From Eledone cirrhosa (lineage: Eukaryota), in assembly GCA_964016885.1 (NCBI GenBank), contig OZ024740.1, positions 368,094,001 to 368,158,000 of the forward strand: DNA of 64,000 bases, written 5' to 3'. The notes below the pieces were generated by a model. That model searched no databases, was not told the DNA's origin, and saw nothing but the letters and a program-made list of their open reading frames with translations. Position 1 is the stretch's first letter. Every line of letters starts with the position of its first letter. Shown in pieces: positions 54,013 through 64,000 of this stretch. The translations under genes and the position numbers were made by a program.

Positions 54013-54699
54013 CTGAAAAAAAAATTTATAAATTATAAAAGATATATATTTGCTCCGCCTTCACTTTTGTTCGTTAATTAATTGTGAAAACATTTAGTGA
54101 CAGCTCAAATGAAGTAAAAATGAAGCATTTACATATTTCGTGAGAATTTTGAACTAAGTTCATTGCGAGGCCAGTCGTCTGCATGTCATGAACTTTAGAT
54201 TGATGATTTCTGCTTATTTCTATATTCAGCATGAAATATATCACTCTACCTTGGTAATATACTTTAGTACTGATATCAACACATAAACCGAAAATAAACA
54301 TTCATTTACAGAATAAGGAAACAGTTATAATAATTGGCATACTTCAACAATTAAATATTTTAAATACTTTGTCAACGATTTCCTTGTACTCACATTGTCC
54401 TTTAAGAAGGCTAGTACGTAACCTGTGACCCTCGCGTCACTAGTATGAGCAATCTGATTCCAAACATGTGTTTGTGAAAACGCTGGAACATTATTGCACG
54501 CATAGATTTAGGAAATCTTTGTTTGAAACACTAGTTATTTGATAAGGAAATACAAAAACAAAAACAAAACATAAACTAAGTAAAAGAAAAAAACCTTTCT
54601 AAACATATATCTGGAGTGTAGTCATGTTTCGATATATGTTCGAAAAGAGAATTGTCCTAGACTTATAAACACATACATGTATGTCAATGCTGAGTGTCT

Positions 54700-55460
54700 G
54701 GTAAAGGGAAGAAGGGAGGTAGTCGAGTACAAGCTAGTTAAAGAAGAGTGTGGTTTTCGCTCCGGGCGCAGCACAGCCGACTAAATCTTCAGACTGCGCC
54801 AGATCTTCCTGAAATTGTAGTACTATTGTCAAGAATTATATTCTTGTGTTGTAGACTTCAAAAAGGCGTATGACCGCGTTCCTCGAGAACTGTTGTTGAT
54901 GGTTATGGAGGAGACATTGAAGTAAAAAGGAGCAATTTTCACGGCGGATAGAAGGAAGGAGGCATAATTAGGAGCAAGAATTGCAGGAGACTATGTAGTA
55001 ATGCGCCACTTCAGCATCCAGTAACCAGTGTAAACGCCAACAGCGCAATTTTCAATTCGGTATTCGTGTCAGATCTTAACTATGTTCATAAATCTTTTGT
55101 AATAACTGAAAGTATACGATCGCGAATACAAATGGTCGAAATAGGGTTCGCCAAGAGTGACTTTACTCAAACGGGTGCGTGGCTAGAGGATCAGAGTCAA
55201 CCCAGGTAGATAGGCTACTTCTCTGAATTGAGTAATCAGAGCTCCGATATTATGGACTTATGATTTGAATGTCTCAGAAAAGAATCGTTGGAGAGATGTT
55301 ATGGTCAAACCCAACCAGCAGGAGACCCTCTGGTAGACCCTGAACAAAATCCTTGACCTTGGCTACTCCTGCATGGGGATCCAGCCGCATCAGTTGGAGA
55401 CAGGTGCTTCTGATAAGACCCGCACGAAGGAGTGTTCTAGGACTCCGCCACAACCATGAA
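54700..55460 (+). mobile_element. Decayed RTE-clade LINE fragment
   Basis: EECGFRSGRSTAD*IFRLRQIF..CVVDFKKAYDRVPRELL. Confidence 0.7.
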
Positions 55461-55468
55461 CCTCCCGG

Positions 55469-55506
<38 letters not shown>

Positions 55507-56570
55507 CTGGGAGGTAAGTCTTCCCATTTTATCTTTGTGCTGACAATACAACAGAACAAATACGAATACATAAGGAAAATATGTTTATTCAAAAATATAG
55601 ACCAGCATTAAATATAGTTTAATATACATTATGTTAACACCATAAGATGCTAACCATCCATACAGACACATACATACACACACACACACACATAACATGT
55701 TCTATATTCGAAAATAAAAACCAGAACTAAATAAACCTTAACATACGTAAATACTCTAACACATTAACATGCTAACCATACGCCCACCCCTCACACACAC
55801 ATAATTCCCTCCCCCATTTCTACTAACGGAATCATATTCCTACACACACACACACATAAAACAATATATATTGTCTCCATATGAACATGCTAACCATACT
55901 CCTCCCACACACACACACACAAGCACACAAATAAAAATACATATCTCTACTTTCTTTTGTTCAATAGAAAGTCTGAATGTTGATACCCAGCACATCAGCC
56001 ATACTCACTGAACCAGAACAATTCTCCCCATCCCTTTTTTCTTGACCATTATGTTTTATTTGGCACAACATTCTCTAAATGGCTACAAAAAAAAAATTCC
56101 CAAATAAGGGGCGTGAAATATAATGTATGTGTTCAAGTCACAGGGATAATTTCATTTATAACCAATCAAATTACATTTAGAAAAAAACCTTCTTGAGTCA
56201 CACTTTTTTTAAGTAAAAAGAAATTCAAACACAAACTGGCGCGAAATGTATTATATTTATATACATGACAGTCATCACCAACAAAATTACTTTTCTAAAA
56301 ACCTTGCATTTCGAGCCACTTTTTTCCATATAAAACACTAGTAACATTCGAACACCAACCAGATACGAGAGAAACCACAAACCCTCCATGTCAATTCTAC
56401 TTTTGTTCTGCACAAGAACTGCGAAACTGGTAAAGAAACCAGATAAATATTTAAAAACAGACTCCAGCTGCATTTTCGATTTCAACTTTTTTCCTTATAC
56501 TCTCACACGTGTAGGACATTTCGTTTTTTTTCATTTTGTAAAAAAAAAACTCATTTTCTAATGTATAAAT

Positions 56571-57536
<966 letters not shown>

Positions 57537-57802
57537 CTCTTTTGACAGGCTCATGGCTAAAAAAGAAAAATGTTGTTGTTTAGGGAGCAGTTTTTGATTG
57601 GATTTGTGGTTACACCATGGGATAGGGTTGCAGCTCCCTCTTTTGTTGTTGTCGTTGTTGTATTTGTTATTGTTGTAATCGTGTCCTTGTGAAAAGCCTG
57701 AAGCAGCATGACTTTTGTTGTTTTTGTTGTTGTAATTATTGTAATATATATATATATATATATCATATATATATATCATATATATATATATATATATATA
57801 TC

Positions 57803-57837
<35 letters not shown>

Positions 57838-57887
57838 ATATTTATATATTATATATATACTATTTATATATACATATATATATATAT

Positions 57888-58077
57888 ATAATTGTTTCTA
57901 CTTTAGGCACAAGGCCAGCAATTACCAAGTACATTACTGGTGCTTTATTTTATAGACCCCGTAAGGATGACAGGAAAAGTTAACCTCGGCGGGATTTGAA
58001 CTCAGACTGTAAAGGGACGTAACTATGCTAGAAAGCATGGCGTCCAACCCTCTACCGATACTGCCAATTCACCGCCC
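57888..58077 (-). mobile_element. tRNA-derived SINE, full length
   Basis: Homologous to 16033-16224, with A and B boxes intact. Confidence 0.85.
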
Positions 58078-58205
58078 ATATAATATATATATATGAGATA
58101 TATATATATAATATATATATAAGATACATATAATATAGTAATAATAATAAATTTGAAGACTAAATCTAAAGAGGGCTCGATAATATATATATATATATAT
58201 ATATA

Positions 58206-58400
58206 CTAGATTGCCCGTCCGGCTGGCGACCAGTTAGGTATACCTGCCCCCACCACTCCACTGCAAAGATACCACACACCCTCCCGTGTCGCATTGTCCT
58301 TCCGACTTCGTAGCAAAGGGGAGACGCTACCGTAGAAATGAGTTTAAAAAGAACGAGTTAAATAATACATATATACGACCGTCAGCTTTATAAGTATAGA
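58206..58400 (-). mobile_element. Short non-autonomous Helitron
   Basis: Minus strand A|TCTATACTTATAAAG...GC-rich subterminal segment...CTAG|T, inserted between A and T with no TSD. Confidence 0.6.
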
Positions 58401-58514
58401 TATGTGTGTGTGTATGTGTATGTGCGTTTGTGTATATGTGTATGTGCATGTGTGTGTCTGTTTGTTTTGTTTTGATATTATCCGGCAATTGGCAAAATCA
58501 GGTGTGAAAGTATG

Positions 58515-58577
<63 letters not shown>

Positions 58578-58767
58578 ATGTGTGTGTGTGTGTATGTGTG
58601 TGTGTGTGTGTATGTGTGTGTGTGTGTGTTTGTGTTACTTATGCGAGCGACAATGGACGTTATTTTTCTATCACCGCTACATTTGATCATACATATCGTT
58701 TATTTCAAAATTATTTCAATGCCGATATTTGATTTAACGCTATTGGAAAGCGGTCATTTGCTGGTCC

Positions 58768-58850
<83 letters not shown>

Positions 58851-58853
<3 letters not shown>

Positions 58854-60371
58854 ATTAAAATACTGGAGCGTGTTGGAGTTAAACACCCTCTTCGTATTAT
58901 AGAAATGACAGTAAAAGGTATAGCTCAATGTAATTAAACAGAGCCGAAGAATTATGAAAGTATATTGACTATGATTTTATGCTCCTTTGTATCATCATAC
59001 ATTTCTTTTTTTCTGTCCCTATTAGCCTACCATAATTCTGCTTATGTCAGTTTTTTAGATATCGTTATGTAAATGATAGTAGAAAATTTCATTCCTTTAT
59101 ATATATATTTGTAGTGGATTATTAATGTTTATAAATTTTGATTACTTAAACCATAGCTAATATTGTATTGCCTTATTAGATATTTTAAATATTTTTAATA
59201 TTAATTTATCAAATAGGGTTTTCGAGTCATTTACCGGGGTTGTTTCCTAAGTTTTTACTTAACTGCATGTGAGACCTAAGTACATACTTTTGTTTTTGTT
59301 TTTTAATTTCCGGTTGATTCTATTTATTTATTTATTTATTAATACTACTGTGCATTCTATTTACTGTCTGGCCCTTACACACTCATCCACATATATGTCT
59401 GTTTACCAACCTTGTAACTATAAGTAATTATATATTATATTATGTTAATTATTTTATATTGTATTTGTTATTGTACTATCGATCCTTATTACTTACCGTT
59501 GATTATATGTACCATTATGATATGTTAAACTTTATATATCATGTAAGATGTTTATATTTTTGTACCATCATAATTTTGGGTATTGTACAATTTATATTTT
59601 TTTCTCACCTACTCTGTAACTCTATATGAATTGATTTGTTAACTTGCATGCCATTATATATTATATATTATATATGTTATTATATTATTATTATAGTATT
59701 ATTGTGACATCTATATTGTTTGTGTAAATTAACCGGAGATTATCTATTATATTATATTATATTATATAATTGTATAGTTTATTATATATTATATGTGCTA
59801 CTTATAATCATATCATATTATTACCTCATGTATATTAGATATACGTATTATTATTATTATTATTATTTTTATTCCTATCATGCTTATTTATATTTATACT
59901 CTTAATAAGGTTTAATTTGTGCTGTTGAAGATGGATATGTGTATTGATATATGTGTATATGTGCGTACGTGTGCGTACATATATACATATGTATATTGTA
60001 CCTTTTAATTTTTATTGTAATTTTAATATTGTTACAAGTATATTATATTATATTATATTATATAGTATTATATAAAATTCCCGCTCTATATAACCACCTT
60101 TGTTTAGCTCTAGGTTTTTTTTTGCTTTGGACTATATTTGTAATATGGTTCTAAATGTTATACACCTCCTTAGTGATTTTTATTATATATTTTGACCCAT
60201 AATCTTGCAATACTTTAGTGTATGTACACTCCATATTCTTTGGACTTTTTGGATTGTATTGATCGATAATACTTCTTGTTGTTTTAATTGCCCTGATGAG
60301 TCCTTAATAGGACGAAACATTGTTGGCTAATGAAGTTTGATGTATTGAAGGCTTCTGTGTTTTACTTTCAT

Positions 60372-60372
<1 letters not shown>
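58851..60372 (+). mobile_element. PLE 3' fragment or pseudo-LTR (EN C-terminal remnant, AT-rich tail, HHR)
   Basis: IKILERVGVKHPLRIIEM..LN at the 5' end, an HHR near the 3' end, and (TA)n on both flanks. Confidence 0.6.
60288..60331 (+). ncRNA. Minimal type-I hammerhead ribozyme
   Basis: GCC-CTGATGA-GTCCT TAAT AGGAC-GAAA-CATTG-TT^GGC. Confidence 0.8.
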
Positions 60373-60402
<30 letters not shown>

Positions 60403-60533
60403 ATAAATCTACCAAGAGTTTACGGTAGTGTCCAATCCGTATGAAGAACTCAATGTAATCCGGATATCATGGAAAGAAGAGATGCAATGAAAAATCACTT
60501 TCGGTGAAAGATAAACGGAATACAGAGTCAAGA

Positions 60534-61078
<545 letters not shown>

Positions 61079-61339
61079 GTGTGTATATATTGAAGGGAGA
61101 TAAGGAAACAAAAAATAGTGTTGTCATATAGAGAGTGAAGAGCGTCAGAGAGTGTAAATCAGTTACATTATAGAGAGTGGGAATGCTCTATTATAGAGAG
61201 AGGGAAGAGCGACGGAGAGAGTAAAGCTAAGAAATTATAGGGAGGTGTGTAGGATACATGTATACATAATACACACAACGGTCAGCCTTATAATACTATA
61301 GATATATAGATATAAATATATATATATATATATATGTAC

Positions 61340-61387
<48 letters not shown>

Positions 61388-61409
61388 CATATATATATAT
61401 ACATATATA

Positions 61410-61542
<133 letters not shown>

Positions 61543-61890
61543 ATTCTACTCATATATATATATATATACATATAATAACTAGAGATTGATTAACATATAA
61601 ATAAACATGAATAATCACAGGAGATAATTTTGACAAGTATGTAACCACGCATAACTAGATAGGTAATTAAATAAAGTTGATCAAAACTTCAAAAATAGAT
61701 ACCTTATAATATGATTAATCTTCCCTGTATATATTCCATTAAAGAAATATATTTCACCAATTAATCAGATGGTAAACCACAGAAGTGGAGACTTCGCATG
61801 ACACCCATAATTTTGATTTAGATTAAATTCGTTTGATTTATATATATACATACACATATATATATATATACATATATATATACATCTCTG

Positions 61891-62028
<138 letters not shown>

Positions 62029-62038
62029 CATACATATA

Positions 62039-62079
<41 letters not shown>

Positions 62080-62520
62080 TAGGATAAATCGTTAAATGTA
62101 ATCCGATATGAGTCTGTGAAAACTACTCATCATGGACAGTTTAAGCGTACGGTGCCATGTGACTCAGCAAGAGATTTACGTTGGAGACGATTTCATGACT
62201 TCGCTTATATTCCTATGTAAATATATCTTGAAGTAATAAAAAAGGGAAAAATATCATGGTCAACACTACAAACAAGGATATTTATTTGTATTTTTAAGTT
62301 TACCGTTACGTATATATGTTATATTTCTTAATAGTTTCTGATGAAATAAATGAAGTTATATGTATTGTAAATTGAATTATACTGTCTCCAGTATTTAGCA
62401 ATTTATAGACAACTCTATCATGGAAACAATTGTAAGACAGTAAATAAATATCCTTGTTTGTAGTGTTGACCATGATATTCTTCACTTTATATATATATAT
62501 ATATATATATATCTATCTAT

Positions 62521-62720
62521 CTAAGGCGGGTAAAATTCCCGAGATCCATGGACGAGTTCTCTCCAGCGGTCTCTGTCCCTCATTATCGCTGCCATGTCCT
62601 GCGTCTCCAACAGACCAGTGTCTGTCCTTAGGGCATCAACATATGTTAACCTTGGTCTTCCTCTTCCAGTGTGTCCATGTAGGGGCTCCCAAAGGAGCAC
62701 GGAGTGCAATGTCAACTCTG
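62521..62720 (-). mobile_element. 3' end fragment of an RTE-clade LINE
   Basis: LLWEPLHGHTGRGRPRLTYVDAL..MRDRDRWRELV, followed by a (TAGA)n tail. Confidence 0.8.
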
Positions 62721-62797
62721 GATGTATATATATATATATAATATATATTTATAAAATATACTATATATATATATATAATATATATTTATAAAATATA

Positions 62798-63690
62798 CTA
62801 GCAGTGGTACCCAGCGTTGCACGGGATGAGGTATTTTGGAACGCAGGGCGCTAACAGACCTAATCCTGAAAAAACTCCATACCTGGACAATATATAAAGA
62901 CAATAAACCGAATACTCTGATGAATGTATAATCTTTAAGATTTTCCTCAATCAAGTAGGAAAAAAGCAGGTTTTCACTTAAGAAAATGAATTATTTTTTA
63001 TGTGCATAATATGCCTTGAAATTTCGTGAAAATCGGCTATAAGTAACGCCTCCTAAAAAGCTGAAAAAATGAAGTTGTTCACCTAATGCGGGCCCTAAGC
63101 CATAAAAGTTGGGTTTTCTTTGCTCACGGTATGAAGAAGAGACTGATTAAAGCATAGTTACAATTTCAAGGAAATCAGTCTGGCGTAACGACTCAAATAA
63201 TCCCTAAAAACCTGTAAAAACGCAGTTTTTTAAATGCGTGCCCTAAGGGATCAAAAAGTTGAATTGTTTATGTCCATAACACTCCCTGAAACATAAATAA
63301 TACACATGTAAAGTTTGAAAAAAGTCGGTTAGGTACTCTCGAGTTTTAGGGATTCAAAGTCACAGACACACACACAGACAAACATCCTCAGGGAAGTGAC
63401 GTAATGTAGACAGTCAGACATACGGACAGATATTATAAGGGCGCGACGTTATATGTATGTATCTATCTAAAAGGTGAAAGACTAAGAATTATAGAGAGAG
63501 ATGGCTAAATCGACTAATATGGTCCCTAGGGCATTGAACATTTGTAATTTACTATTCTCAGAACGCTGCGTGAAACATAAGTATTACATGTGTAAAGTTT
63601 GAAAACAGTCGGTGTTGTAGTTCTCGAGTTTTAGGGATTCAAACTCACACACACACACATACATCCTCAGTTTTATATATATATATATAT
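62798..63690 (-). mobile_element. Non-autonomous Helitron (composite, with two 5'-like ends)
   Basis: Minus-strand 3' end CCCGTGCAACGCTGGGTACCACTGCTAG|T (hairpin plus CTAG). Segment 63300-63390 is repeated at 63585-63670. Confidence 0.65.
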
Positions 63691-63697
63691 ATATATA

Positions 63698-64000
63698 CTA
63701 GCAGTGGTACCCGGCGTTGCACGGGATAATGTATTGTGAAATATATAATCGCCTTAACTAAGCTTAGTATTGCCACAACCACGGCTGGCAAAGAAGTAAG
63801 AGTCTGGTAAGTAAGCAACACTGTGGCTTAAAACGTGAGGAAGAAGTTGTGTGCACTTACCAACTGTTTAGGGAATGAGTGTGAGATTTGTCTTAACCGG
63901 AGGCAGCAGACAGCCAGAGATACAGACATATATTATAAGGGCGCGACGTTATATGTATGTATCTATCTAAAACGAGAAAGACTAAGAATTTGACATTTTT
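63698..64000 (-). mobile_element. Second Helitron copy, 3' end, running off the window
   Basis: Same terminus CCCGTGCAACGCCGGGTACCACTGCTAG|T. Segment 63920-63990 repeats about 63420-63490. Confidence 0.65.

Noticed and set aside
62330-62930. Isolated CTGATGA hits (about 62338 and 62917; also CTGACGA at about 48067 and 16592)
   Set aside because: No stem II, GAAA, helix III and helix I arrangement, so these are chance matches.

Overview
Eukaryotic (animal) genomic DNA, most likely a mollusc and probably an octopod cephalopod. That assignment is an inference from the tRNA-derived SINE family and the extreme (TA)n/(CA)n content. The only host coding sequence I can support is one 225-bp minus-strand exon of a GABA-B receptor subunit 2 (GABBR2-like) gene at 53788-54012; much of the rest is probably intronic. 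The first 21 kb is a nest of non-LTR retrotransposons: three tandem R4/Dong-type elements associated with (TAA)n, and two near-full-length Tx1/L1-clade elements with nested insertions. From 21 kb on, the window is a (TA)n landscape with Penelope-like elements (PLEs), decayed RTE LINEs, SINEs and non-autonomous Helitrons. The most striking signal is roughly 25 type-I hammerhead-ribozyme (HHR) motifs from about 10 unrelated repeat families, all found by eye. They include a retrozyme-like 468-nt tandem array, a 541-nt monomer with terminal redundancy, a multi-copy family with a non-canonical CAGA core, CCGA-core variants, a recurrent U.U pair at the base of stem II, an HHR with a 115-nt stem II, and several snap-back palindromes centred on the ribozyme. 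All RNA structures were paired manually and none has been tested. Boundaries of decayed repeats are approximate.
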